Assembly: GCA_944336475.1 (NCBI GenBank)
Contig: CALVLD010000002.1
Coordinates: 69,814-133,813, forward strand
Origin: an uncultured Clostridia bacterium
Lineage (GTDB): Bacteria; Bacillota; Clostridia; Christensenellales; CAG-138
Length of the DNA stretch: 64,000 nucleotides
Direction of reading: 5' to 3'
The first letter of the stretch is position 1. The number at the start of each line of letters is the position of its first letter. Both the position numbers and the translations under genes were made by a program. The notes under the pieces were generated by a model. That model searched no databases. It was given only the letters and a program-made list of their open reading frames with translations, and was not told the DNA's origin. Shown one piece after another: positions 29,629 to 39,173 of the stretch.

Positions 29629-29934
29629 ATGAGGATTGAAGAGCATCCGATACTCACCTTCAACAGAGGAAACAAGATATCATTCATTTTTGACGGACAA
29701 CGGATGACAGGCTATGAGGGGGAGACCATCGCCGCAGCGCTCCACGCAAACGGCGTAAGGGTGCTTGCGCACAGCCCGGAAAAGCACAGGCCGCGCGGAT
29801 TCTATTGCGCAATAGGCAACTGCTCAAGCTGCATGATGGTTGTTGACGGCGTTCCAAACGTCAAGACCTGCATCACGGAACTGCGTGAGGGCATGGTGGT
29901 AGAGACGCAGAAAGGCAAGGGGAAAATCATATGA
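29629..29934 (+). CDS. [2Fe-2S]-binding subunit (Fer2_4 / HcnA / SoxA-N-terminal-like)
   Basis: Cys pattern C-x4-C-x2-C-x13-C (FYCAIGNCSSCMMVVDGVPNVKTC). 101 aa. Confidence 0.75.
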   Translation: MRIEEHPILTFNRGNKISFIFDGQRMTGYEGETIAAALHANGVRVLAHSPEKHRPRGFYCAIGNCSSCMMVVDGVPNVKTCITELREGMVVETQKGKGKII

Positions 29935-31013
29935 TAAAAACAGAGCTTTTGATTATCGGCGCCGGCCCTGCAGGCCTGTGTGCCGCAATATCGGCGGCGG
30001 AAGCAGGGACGGAGGTTCTGGTGGTTGAGCGCAGCCCCAGGATAGGCGGTCAGCTCATCAAGCAGACGCATATGTTCTTCGGGTCGGAACGCCAGTATGC
30101 CTCCACCCGTGGCATAGATATAGCAGGAATACTGATGGACAAGCTGACTAAGTACGGCGACAGGGTAAGGATACTCACCGAGACTACAGTGCTCGGCATA
30201 TACGAGGACGGCATGGTGACGGCCCTGCACAGGGAGGATGACTACTTTAAGATCAGGCCCAATGCGATAGTCGTTGCGACAGGCGCATCAGAAAAGGCGC
30301 TTGCGTTCCCCAACAACGATCTTCCCGGCATCTACGGCGCAGGCGCCGTGCAGACGCTTATGAACGTATACGGCGTTAAGCCGGGCGACCGTGTGCTAAT
30401 GGTCGGTGCGGGCAACATCGGCCTTATCGTCAGCTATCAGCTCATGCAGGCAGGCGTCGAGGTTGCGGCAATACTCGATGCCGCACCGAAGATCGGCGGC
30501 TATCTCGTCCATGCCGCAAAGGTGCGCCGCATGGGAGTCCCCATAATGACCAGCCACACCGTCAAGGCGGCAATGGGCAAGGATAGCCTTGAGCAGGTCG
30601 TCATATGCATGGTCGATGACCGCTTCCGCCCGATAGAGGGTACGGAGCAGACTATAGACTGCGACGTGTGCTGTATCTCCGTAGGCCTCACGCCACTCGG
30701 AGAGCTGCTTGCGATGGCGGGCTGTGAGATGAAGTACATTCCTCAGCTCTCCGGCACGGTGCCCATGCGCAATGCGGATTATCAGACCACCGTGCCCAAC
30801 ATATTCGCCGCAGGCGACGTTACCGGCATTGAGGAGGCGTCCTCCGCCATGGTAGAGGGGTATCTTGCAGGTCTGTGCGCCGCAAAACACACCGGCCATA
30901 CCCATACCGAATATGAGAATAAGCGAGCCGACTATATCGCACAGCTCTCCCAGCTCAGGGGCGGCCCTGTGGGTAAGCGCATACTGGACGGCATAGCGCA
31001 GCAGTTGAATTGA
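29931..31013 (+). CDS. FAD/NAD(P)-dependent pyridine-nucleotide-disulfide-type oxidoreductase subunit
   Basis: Two Rossmann GxGxxG motifs (IIGAGPAG; MVGAGNIG). ATGA overlap with the upstream gene. Confidence 0.8.
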   Translation: MIKTELLIIGAGPAGLCAAISAAEAGTEVLVVERSPRIGGQLIKQTHMFFGSERQYASTRGIDIAGILMDKLTKYGDRVRILTETTVLGIYEDGMVTALHREDDYFKIRPNAIVVATGASEKALAFPNNDLPGIYGAGAVQTLMNVYGVKPGDRVLMVGAGNIGLIVSYQLMQAGVEVAAILDAAPKIGGYLVHAAKVRRMGVPIMTSHTVKAAMGKDSLEQVVICMVDDRFRPIEGTEQTIDCDVCCISVGLTPLGELLAMAGCEMKYIPQLSGTVPMRNADYQTTVPNIFAAGDVTGIEEASSAMVEGYLAGLCAAKHTGHTHTEYENKRADYIAQLSQLRGGPVGKRILDGIAQQLN

Positions 31014-31023
31014 GGTGAACATC

Positions 31024-31527
31024 ATGAGCATGGAATTATTGGAAAAAACCGGCATACCGACGGATGATATGATAAGATCCGCATTCCCTCCCGTAGAGAG
31101 GATAAACAGGGGGCGTGTTGCGGTGGCGGAGTGCTATCAAAACATACCCTGCAACCCCTGCCAGAGCTCCTGCGGCTTCTCAGCCATAACGGTCGGCGAG
31201 GATATCAACAATACCCCAAAGGTCACTTTTGACAAGTGCGTTGGCTGCGGCGCCTGCCTTACAAAGTGCCCGGGGCTTGCGATAATGCTCGTTGACGGCA
31301 GGAATGAGGACTGCATAGAGTTCAGCATACCCTATGAGCTTCTGCCGCTTCCCGAGGTTGGGGAGACGGTCGATGCGCTCGACCGCAGCGGTGAATATGT
31401 CACAGAAGCTGAGGTCACCCAGGTGCTCAACCAAAAGGGCTTTGACCGCACTCCAATAGTGCGCTTCAGAGTGCCGAGGGAGCATCTCTACACCGTACGC
31501 AATATTCGCTTGAGAAGGGGGAGCTAA
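31024..31527 (+). CDS. 4Fe-4S ferredoxin-type subunit
   Basis: CVGCGACLTKCP cluster motif plus an upstream C-x6-C-x2-C-x3-C. ATG 31024 follows GAGGTG. Confidence 0.7.
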   Translation: MSMELLEKTGIPTDDMIRSAFPPVERINRGRVAVAECYQNIPCNPCQSSCGFSAITVGEDINNTPKVTFDKCVGCGACLTKCPGLAIMLVDGRNEDCIEFSIPYELLPLPEVGETVDALDRSGEYVTEAEVTQVLNQKGFDRTPIVRFRVPREHLYTVRNIRLRRGS

Positions 31528-31530
31528 GCC

Positions 31531-31818
31531 ATGAACGACCTGGATAACACCATCATTTGCCGCTGTTCGGATGTTACACTTGGCGATATCCGCCGACTCA
31601 TTGCAGAGGGATACACCAGCTTTGACGAGATAAAGCGCATAACACGCTGTGGCATGGGGCCTTGCCAGGGCAAAACCTGCCAGCAGCTCATACAGCGTGA
31701 GATAGCAATGGCAACGGGTCAGCCCATTGCAGCGCTGCGTGACCAGACTACAAGGCCGCCCGCAACAGGGGTAAGGCTCGAGCTTGTCGCAAAGGAGGCA
31801 TATAGGGATGAGGACTAA
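31531..31818 (+). CDS. BFD-like [2Fe-2S]-binding small subunit
   Basis: CRC...CGMGPCQGKTC cysteine pattern. 95 aa. Confidence 0.7.
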   Translation: MNDLDNTIICRCSDVTLGDIRRLIAEGYTSFDEIKRITRCGMGPCQGKTCQQLIQREIAMATGQPIAALRDQTTRPPATGVRLELVAKEAYRDED

Positions 31819-32956
31819 TGCCGACATCGTAATAATCGGCGGTGGTATAACGGGCTGTTCAATAGCCTACAACCTCGCCAAGAAGGGCGTAACGAACATC
31901 GTTGTGCTCGAAAAACGCTATATTTGCAGCGGCTCCACCGGCTGCTGCGGCGCAGGCGTGCGCATGCAGTGGGGCACGGAGATGAACTGCCGCATGTCAA
32001 AATTCAGCACCGAGTTCTATGAGCACGCAAACGACATCCTTGAGTATGACGGCGACGTAGAGTTCAAACAAAAGGGCTATCTGCTTATAGCCGATACGGA
32101 GCGTGAGATAGCGCAATTCAAAAAGAATGTCGAGGTACAGCATGCCTGCGGCATACCCTCCCGTATGCTCACGCTTGCGGAAGCAAAAGAGATAGTCCCT
32201 CACCTTAACACAGACATACTGCTCGGAGCCGCATTCTGCGAGAAGGACGGCTTTCTCAACCCATTCAAGACCACCGATGCGTTCCATCGTGCAGCACGCC
32301 GCATGGGCGTTGAATTCAATACATTTACCACGGTCACGGGCATTACTGTTGAAAACGGCAGGGTAAGGGCAGTAGTCACCGACAAGGGTACCATAAACAC
32401 CCCCGTTGTTGTCAACTGCGCAGGCGGCTTCTCACATGACATTGCTCAGATGGCAGGCATAGACATCCCCGTGTATAGGGAGCGCCACCAGATACTTGTC
32501 ACGGAGCCAGTAGAACCGATGCAGGATCCTATGGTCATGGCGTTTGGCCTCAACCTTTATGTGCAGCAGTCTCCGCACGGCTCGTTCATAATGGGCAGGG
32601 GTGATGCCAACGAGCCCCGTGACGGCAGATGCACATCCTCTTGGCGTTTCCTTGAGGAGATGGCAAAGACCGTAGACAATGTTCTGCCGGCCATTGGCAA
32701 GCTCCGTGTGGTGCGCCAGTGGGCAGGTCTGTACAACATGACCCCCGACCGTCAGCCTGTGTATGACAAGTCCGAGCAGGTGGAGGGCTTCTATATGGCG
32801 ATAGGCTTCTCCGGCCACGGCTTCATGTTCGGCCCCGTCACGGGAGTCGTAATGGCGGATATGATAACTGGCAGCGAGCCGAGGATAGATGCCTCCGGGC
32901 TGAGGCTCAGCCGCTTTGCCGAGGGCAAGCTCTTTGTAGAACCCTCAGTGGTCTGA
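31808..32956 (+). CDS. FAD-dependent oxidoreductase (DAO family; sarcosine-oxidase-beta / HcnC / proline-dehydrogenase-beta-like)
   Basis: N-terminal DIVIIGGGITGCS dinucleotide fold. ATG 31808 is 9 nt after AGGAGG and overlaps the end of the previous gene. Confidence 0.85.
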   Translation: MRTNADIVIIGGGITGCSIAYNLAKKGVTNIVVLEKRYICSGSTGCCGAGVRMQWGTEMNCRMSKFSTEFYEHANDILEYDGDVEFKQKGYLLIADTEREIAQFKKNVEVQHACGIPSRMLTLAEAKEIVPHLNTDILLGAAFCEKDGFLNPFKTTDAFHRAARRMGVEFNTFTTVTGITVENGRVRAVVTDKGTINTPVVVNCAGGFSHDIAQMAGIDIPVYRERHQILVTEPVEPMQDPMVMAFGLNLYVQQSPHGSFIMGRGDANEPRDGRCTSSWRFLEEMAKTVDNVLPAIGKLRVVRQWAGLYNMTPDRQPVYDKSEQVEGFYMAIGFSGHGFMFGPVTGVVMADMITGSEPRIDASGLRLSRFAEGKLFVEPSVV

Positions 32957-32978
32957 TCAGCAGAGAAATCAAGATAGA

Positions 32979-33010
32979 GAGAGCGGCAGGCGTCGACGCC
33001 TGCCGCTCTC
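32979..33010. terminator. Bidirectional hairpin terminator
   Basis: Perfect 14-bp stem GAGAGCGGCAGGCG / CGCCTGCCGCTCTC with a TCGA loop. Lies between convergent genes. Confidence 0.8.
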
Positions 33011-33027
33011 CTTTGTAGGGAGGGAAA

Positions 33028-35658
33028 TCATTCTGTTCTCAAAGCCACCACGGGATCCTTCTTTGCCGCTTTTCGGGAGGGTATGAGCCCTGCTATGAAG
33101 GTCAGCAGCATGCTTATCGCAAGCAGCACGGCCGCACCCACGGGCGGCAGAGCGGCAACATCGGGTATGCCGCCAAGATCATAGATTATCGCATTTACGG
33201 GGATTATCAGCACAAGGGTACAACCAAGTCCGATAATACCCGATACAAAGCCGATTATGAGCGTCTCGGCATTAAACACACGGGATATGTCACGCTTCGA
33301 TGCACCTATGGCGCGCAGTATGCCTATCTCCTTGGTACGCTCAAGCACGGAGATGTTGGTGATGACGCCAATCATTATGGATGATACCACCAGCGAAACC
33401 GAAACGAATGCAATTAGTATGTAGGATATCGCATCGATTATCGTGCTCACCGAGCTCATGAGAAGCCCCACATAGTCAGTATACGATATGACCTGCTCAT
33501 CGTTGCCGGCAGCCTCGGCCCTGTCGTTGTAATCGTCGATAATCGCTTTTATCTCATCCTTTGCGGCGAAATCGGCGGGGTATATGGTTATGGATGAAGG
33601 TGAATCGAGGTCGGTAACGCCCAATAGTGAAAGATTGTCCTCGTATGTGTTGAAGTCCGACGGCTTCGGCATTCTATCCTTGAAGGCTTCTATTATCTGC
33701 TCGTCGGTCATTGCGCCGAGCATGGGCGCTATCTGATCGTATTCCTCGGCAGGCAGCGTATCGATATAGTCCATTACCTCCTCGATCGTGGGCGTATAGC
33801 TATCCGCATCGACAAATTCCACACCGGTAAACACATCCACTGTGGGGTCGTCAAGCTGCTGCCGGACGATCTCTGACGAGTTGACGGCATTGACTATAAA
33901 CTCGGTCAACTCCTTCGTATAACAAACTGCACCGGCCACCGATGTTGCGGCAGCACCCTCCTTGGGACGGATTATGCCTACTACCTTGAGTTTAACACCG
34001 TCTGCAAGCACCTCGTCAAAGCTCTCACGATCATCACGCACATCAGTCCAGCGGCCAGCCTGCTCGTCAAACTGGTAGAAAGCAGAGGGGATAACAAGCC
34101 GCAAATCGAGCGACATCAGCTCCTCATAAGTGAATGTCATGCGGTTGCCATCGTCATGTTCGCCATCATCTGCGTCCGATGGCGCAAAGTACTCGGCAAG
34201 CTCATCCCTGTCCCTGAGACCAAGCGTGTACAGCGAATAATCGGTGAGCCTATTGAACTCATCAACATTTAACACGACCTCATCATATGCGTCCGGCCAT
34301 TCGCCGGCGATCACATCAAACTGCTCCTGCAGGAGCTCATCGTTATCGACCAGCTCCTCGAACACGTCCGTCTGATAGGTGGAAGGCACGAGCGTGGAGG
34401 CCTGCTCTCCCATAACAAGCTCAAATACAGGCGAAGGATTGACCTGCACCACGCCATTGACGGACGAAGGATTATAAACATACATTCCAAAATCATAGCC
34501 GTACTGTATGGCAAGTGCATGTTCGGAAACGGCGCATTCATCGCTTTCCAAGAAGGCCTTGAAAGAACTTAGATCGTTGGTAGAGACGTTATAGAACGAA
34601 CTCAGCATCTCGCCGAGCATAGTGTTTTCGTATACCTTGGTCATGTCCGTCTCCTTATCCTGGTTCAATACTTCATCCCGGGATTGCATGATCGAGGACA
34701 TGTCCATGACTTCCGATTCAACCGAAAGAGGATATGAGGATAGAGTATCCTGCTGAACCCTGTTTATGTAATTCTGGAAACCGTCGGAGATCGACAGTAT
34801 CAGAGCAATGCCGATTATGCCGATGCTTCCCGCAAATGCCGTAAGCAGGGTACGAGCTTTTTTGGTCATTAGGTTATTAAGGCTAAGCGACAGCGCAGTG
34901 AAGAACGACATCGAGACCCTTTTCTTCTGTGTCGTTGCAACGTCATGCTTCACCTCAACATGCTTATGGGGAGCTATGGCGTTTGGGTTGGGCTCATCGC
35001 TTACGATCTTACCGTCCAGCAAACGAACTATGCGTGTAGCATACTTCGATGCAAGCTCCGCATTGTGCGTCACCATTATCACGAGCTTATCTGATGCTAT
35101 TTCACACAAAAGCTCAAGTACCTGTACGCTCGTCTCGCTGTCGAGCGCACCGGTAGGCTCATCTGCAAGTATTATCTCGGGATCGTTTACCAAAGCCCTT
35201 GCAATAGCTACCCTCTGCATCTGACCGCCGGAGAGCTGGTTGGGCTTTTTGTTCATCTGATCCTCAAGGCCGACGAGGCAGAGAGCCTCCTTTGCACGGC
35301 TGTGACGCTCCGCACGGGAAACGCCCGAAAGCGTCAGTGCAAGTTCGACATTAGCAAGCACCGTCTGGTGCGGAATAAGATTGTAGCTCTGGAAAACAAA
35401 GCCTATACTGTGGTTGCGATAGGAGTCCCAATCGCTGTCTCTGAACTGTTTTGTCGACTTCCCGTTTATGCAGAGGTCGCCGCTTGTATAACGGTCAAGT
35501 CCGCCGATTATGTTGAGCAGCGTGGTCTTGCCGCAGCCGGAGGGACCCAGTATTGCAACGAACTCCCCGGAACCGAACTCGACGTCCACGCCACGCAGGG
35601 CATGGACAACGGAGCCTGTGCTCACATAATCTTTTGTGATGTTTTTTAACTGAAGCAT
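33028..35658 (-). CDS. Fused ABC ATPase + FtsX/MacB-type permease with large extracytoplasmic domain
   Basis: N-terminal NBD (GPSGCGKTT, LSGGQMQR, ILADEPTGALD), a ~450-aa acidic domain, and a C-terminal FtsX four-helix region. 876 aa. Confidence 0.85.
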   Translation of the reverse strand: MLQLKNITKDYVSTGSVVHALRGVDVEFGSGEFVAILGPSGCGKTTLLNIIGGLDRYTSGDLCINGKSTKQFRDSDWDSYRNHSIGFVFQSYNLIPHQTVLANVELALTLSGVSRAERHSRAKEALCLVGLEDQMNKKPNQLSGGQMQRVAIARALVNDPEIILADEPTGALDSETSVQVLELLCEIASDKLVIMVTHNAELASKYATRIVRLLDGKIVSDEPNPNAIAPHKHVEVKHDVATTQKKRVSMSFFTALSLSLNNLMTKKARTLLTAFAGSIGIIGIALILSISDGFQNYINRVQQDTLSSYPLSVESEVMDMSSIMQSRDEVLNQDKETDMTKVYENTMLGEMLSSFYNVSTNDLSSFKAFLESDECAVSEHALAIQYGYDFGMYVYNPSSVNGVVQVNPSPVFELVMGEQASTLVPSTYQTDVFEELVDNDELLQEQFDVIAGEWPDAYDEVVLNVDEFNRLTDYSLYTLGLRDRDELAEYFAPSDADDGEHDDGNRMTFTYEELMSLDLRLVIPSAFYQFDEQAGRWTDVRDDRESFDEVLADGVKLKVVGIIRPKEGAAATSVAGAVCYTKELTEFIVNAVNSSEIVRQQLDDPTVDVFTGVEFVDADSYTPTIEEVMDYIDTLPAEEYDQIAPMLGAMTDEQIIEAFKDRMPKPSDFNTYEDNLSLLGVTDLDSPSSITIYPADFAAKDEIKAIIDDYNDRAEAAGNDEQVISYTDYVGLLMSSVSTIIDAISYILIAFVSVSLVVSSIMIGVITNISVLERTKEIGILRAIGASKRDISRVFNAETLIIGFVSGIIGLGCTLVLIIPVNAIIYDLGGIPDVAALPPVGAAVLLAISMLLTFIAGLIPSRKAAKKDPVVALRTE

Positions 35659-35736
35659 ATACGCCTCCCGGTAATTATTCTTGCAGAATGATACCCCGAA
35701 GAAGACAAAAAGTTAATAGGAAATGATCAAATGTTA

Positions 35737-36369
35737 TTAAAATTTTACAATAGGCACCCTGATTGCCACAGTTATTGCTTCAATCATGGCGTCAAGGCTC
35801 ATGCAGGGCACTGCCGCACGTTTGGGGTTTGACCTGACCTGCTCCTCCGAAAACGGCACGTGGATAAAACCTGCCAAGGGTGGCTCCGGCATTAGGCTGC
35901 ACTCGTGTAAAATGCGATACATGAGGGAGTTGCAAACATATGTGCCTGCACTGTTGGACACGGCGGAGGGCAGACCTCTTTCACGGACGGCAGCGACAAT
36001 ATCCTTTATGGGCAAGGTAGAAAAGTATGCTGCTTCACCGTCGGGCAGTATGACCTCATCCGTTGGCATAAAGCCGGCATTGTCGGGTATGTAGGCGTCC
36101 ATCACATTTATGGCGACCCGTTCAGGCGTGACCGCACTCCTGCCGCCGGCCTGCCCAAGCAGAATAACAACTTCCGGAGAAAGCCGCCGCATCTCGTCAA
36201 TAGCGATCTGCGCACCCCTAAAAAACTCGACAGGCAGCACTTTCTTGTGCAAACACCGTCCGCAGAGCGTGTCGGGAAGCCCGCTGAGTATGAGCTCGGT
36301 GGGGTTCGTCTCATCGCCGCCAAACGGTTCAAAGGCGGTGATGAGCACCCCGCCGCAGCCTGTCTGCAT
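35737..36369 (-). CDS. pcp: Pyroglutamyl-peptidase I
   Basis: ITAFEPFGGDETNPT, catalytic GTYVCN and GFIHVP motifs. Internal ATG 36369 lies 4 nt after the upstream stop. Confidence 0.85.
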   Translation of the reverse strand: MQTGCGGVLITAFEPFGGDETNPTELILSGLPDTLCGRCLHKKVLPVEFFRGAQIAIDEMRRLSPEVVILLGQAGGRSAVTPERVAINVMDAYIPDNAGFMPTDEVILPDGEAAYFSTLPIKDIVAAVRERGLPSAVSNSAGTYVCNSLMYRILHECSLMPEPPLAGFIHVPFSEEQVRSNPKRAAVPCMSLDAMIEAITVAIRVPIVKF

Positions 36370-36373
36370 ATCG

Positions 36374-37921
36374 TCAGTCGTCGACATCAAGCGCTTCAAG
36401 ACCCTTTTTTGCAATGGGCTTGTTGTCACCGTGCTTGACGAATATCATTGTGACAAACGCAAGTGCAACGAACACCGTAGCATATGGGAAGAGAGTAGTC
36501 ATGCCGAAATTATCCATGATGATACCGCTCAGGAAGGGCGTCAGTGCCTGTGCAGCCATACTTGCGGCATAATAGTACCCGGTGTACTTGCCGACCCTGC
36601 CGCCCCGTGCAAGCTCAACGACCATGGGGAAGCTGTTGACGTTTATCGTCGCCCAGCCGATGCCGGCAAGTGCGAACATGCAGTTCATAAGAAGCGGCGA
36701 GCTTCCCTGCCGCAGAAACGATGCAACGAAGAATGCAGCGCCAAGCATCACAACTCCTGCCAGTATGGTCTTTTTGCGCCCGACCTTTGAGGCGATAATA
36801 CCGACGGGCAGATAGGAGATTATTGCCGCAGCCTGTGCAATGAGCAGAGTGGTGTTGTAATCAAGGCCGAGGATCTTTGTGGAGTAGACAGAGTACTTCG
36901 ATATGACCGCATTATAGCCGAAGTACCACAGCGCAACCGAGGCAAGTATGAGGAGCAGCGAGGCCGTTTCAGATCTATTCAGCTTTCTATCGCTCGAGCC
37001 GTCGGCGTCGGAGTCATCAATGCCGAATCTGCGGCTCTCATCCTCCATTTCCCTGGCAAAGCGGGGCTCTTTTACCGTGATCAGGAATGCGATAAGGGCA
37101 GCGATCATGACAGCGCCCACTACCGCAAAGAACACCGTGTAGCCCATATAGCTGTTCTCCGGCTTGCCCGTGCCGAATATCATGCCGAGCACAAGCACCA
37201 GTATGCCGCCCGCAGTACCCATGAGGTTTATGACCGCATTGGCCTTTGAGCGGAGCGGCTTTATCGTCACATCCGGCATGAGCGCTACCGCAGGCGAACG
37301 GAACGTTGCCATTGCGACCAGCGTCACAAGCAATATGCCTATGAAAAACCACAGCGTGAGCTGATGCGAGGCGGTGACCGCCTCGGCATATGCCTGCCTT
37401 GCAGGGACGACATAGGTGTTCCAGTCGAAATTGATATCGTCATCGTATGCGCTTGATGCAGGAACTATCGCAAGGAACTCCTCTTCGGTGAACTTGTCGC
37501 GGATGACGAATCGCTCACCCTCGGAGGTCATCAGCTCGGCGTTTGCAACATCATCGTCGGCATATATGGCTTGCAGCGTTGCGGTATCGTTGCCGGCTAT
37601 GGCATCGACGTTTTTAAGCTGCTGCCCGTCAACGAGCGACAGACACATGAATGCCGCCACGGCAACGATCGTACCAACGAATATAAAAGGAGTGCGCTTG
37701 CCGTACTTGCTTGTACACCTGTCAGATATCGCACCGAACAGTGGGAGCATGAAAAGGGCGAGCATATTATCCAACGCCATGACTATACCGGAGCCGGCCT
37801 GGGACATACCGAACTTATCGGTCAAAATCTTGGGAATTATGGTGTCGTACGCCTGCCAGAACGTGCAGATAAGAAAAAATGCAAAACCAACGCAGATGGT
37901 GCGCCAATACTTCAGCTTCAT
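36374..37921 (-). CDS. MFS transporter with a ~110-aa acidic insertion
   Basis: About 12 hydrophobic helices. Insertion runs VDGQQLKNV...AYAEAVTASH between early helices. ATG 37921 follows an AGGGGG SD. Confidence 0.8.
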   Translation of the reverse strand: MKLKYWRTICVGFAFFLICTFWQAYDTIIPKILTDKFGMSQAGSGIVMALDNMLALFMLPLFGAISDRCTSKYGKRTPFIFVGTIVAVAAFMCLSLVDGQQLKNVDAIAGNDTATLQAIYADDDVANAELMTSEGERFVIRDKFTEEEFLAIVPASSAYDDDINFDWNTYVVPARQAYAEAVTASHQLTLWFFIGILLVTLVAMATFRSPAVALMPDVTIKPLRSKANAVINLMGTAGGILVLVLGMIFGTGKPENSYMGYTVFFAVVGAVMIAALIAFLITVKEPRFAREMEDESRRFGIDDSDADGSSDRKLNRSETASLLLILASVALWYFGYNAVISKYSVYSTKILGLDYNTTLLIAQAAAIISYLPVGIIASKVGRKKTILAGVVMLGAAFFVASFLRQGSSPLLMNCMFALAGIGWATINVNSFPMVVELARGGRVGKYTGYYYAASMAAQALTPFLSGIIMDNFGMTTLFPYATVFVALAFVTMIFVKHGDNKPIAKKGLEALDVDD

Positions 37922-37995
37922 ACTTGCCCCCTGAACCTGTAGATTTGACATGATTCTACCATATGCGACAGCCATTTACAAGCCCAACACCCGAT

Positions 37996-39024
37996 TTAGG
38001 GTGCAAAGCTGATATCTCCTATGCTGGGGGATATGCCGGCGGCTTCGGCTATCGCTCTTGCAAGGTACTGCATTGCGGCAAGAGCCTCCTCAAGCGTGTT
38101 GGCGTTATGCCCCACCTCCACCAGCAGGCATTTTGATGAAATATGCTGATTGTATCTGCCGGATTTTACACGCACATTTCGCATTAGCCTGTCGTTGTAG
38201 CCGAGCATGGTCTCCGTGAGCCTCAGTGCAAGGGCATAATTGGATTCAAAATCCGGAAGATCATCGTCCGCCGAGCCGGATGAACCTCGTCCCGTGCCTA
38301 CCACGAACATCATCCTCGCAACCCTCTGACCGTCTATCATCGCATAGTCGGTGTTGACGCCGTTTGTGGTGTAGGCGTCCCTGTGTAGATCGATGTACAG
38401 CTCCAGGGAGGGATAAGTCTGCTTATAGTACTCCATAGTGCGGAGCGAGCGTGAATAGGCGGTTTGTATGTCGGGCTGCTCATGCTGAGTTGTGTCATGT
38501 ATGACGTTGATGCCGTAATCCTCACGCAGTATTCGAGCCAACTCCTCACCTACGGCTATCACGCTGCACGATGTGTCCTCCGTGCGCCAATCGCCGCTTT
38601 CCACATATGTGTAGGTCTCTGTCTGGGTGTATGCCTCGGTGTTGTGCGTGTGGTATATGAGCACCTGCGGCTCATCGCCCGCGAAGTTTAACTCTCCGGC
38701 CCTGTCGAGCAGCTCAGCGGTAACCCCCATGAGCTGTATCACCACATCTTGAGGCACATCCGAATCAATATCTGCAAGGCTTATGAGTATCTCATTGGGG
38801 ACGGGGGAGGGGGACGCCTCTGTATGGATAATCTCAAAATCAAAGACCGGTTCTGCAAGGCTTGTCATAAAGACCGCCGTCTCCTTGGAAACGAGCGAGG
38901 CGGCTAAAAGTGCAAGCAGGGCAAATATTCCGGCCAGCAGCCCTGCCGCCCTGTCCGCAAGACGCCTACACTCGGCACTATCCGTATTTTTATCACAGTT
39001 CCTTCGCATAAATCGCCTCGTCAT
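37996..39024 (-). CDS. spoIIP: Stage II sporulation protein P
   Basis: LIYHTHNTEAY, IDLHRDAY and LLVEVGHNANTLEEA motifs typical of SpoIIP. Start uncertain (39024 or 39009). Confidence 0.75.
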   Translation of the reverse strand: MTRRFMRRNCDKNTDSAECRRLADRAAGLLAGIFALLALLAASLVSKETAVFMTSLAEPVFDFEIIHTEASPSPVPNEILISLADIDSDVPQDVVIQLMGVTAELLDRAGELNFAGDEPQVLIYHTHNTEAYTQTETYTYVESGDWRTEDTSCSVIAVGEELARILREDYGINVIHDTTQHEQPDIQTAYSRSLRTMEYYKQTYPSLELYIDLHRDAYTTNGVNTDYAMIDGQRVARMMFVVGTGRGSSGSADDDLPDFESNYALALRLTETMLGYNDRLMRNVRVKSGRYNQHISSKCLLVEVGHNANTLEEALAAMQYLARAIAEAAGISPSIGDISFAP

Positions 39025-39173
39025 CGAAAGAGTAGCCCAATACCTATATATATGCGGACAAGCATGAGATATTACAAATATTAATAAAACCGCTGCTTTA
39101 CGGATGAGAAGATGTGTATTATAATGGCGTAGCCGAGATAGTATCAAGGCCAACTTGCATAAGGTGGTGTGTT

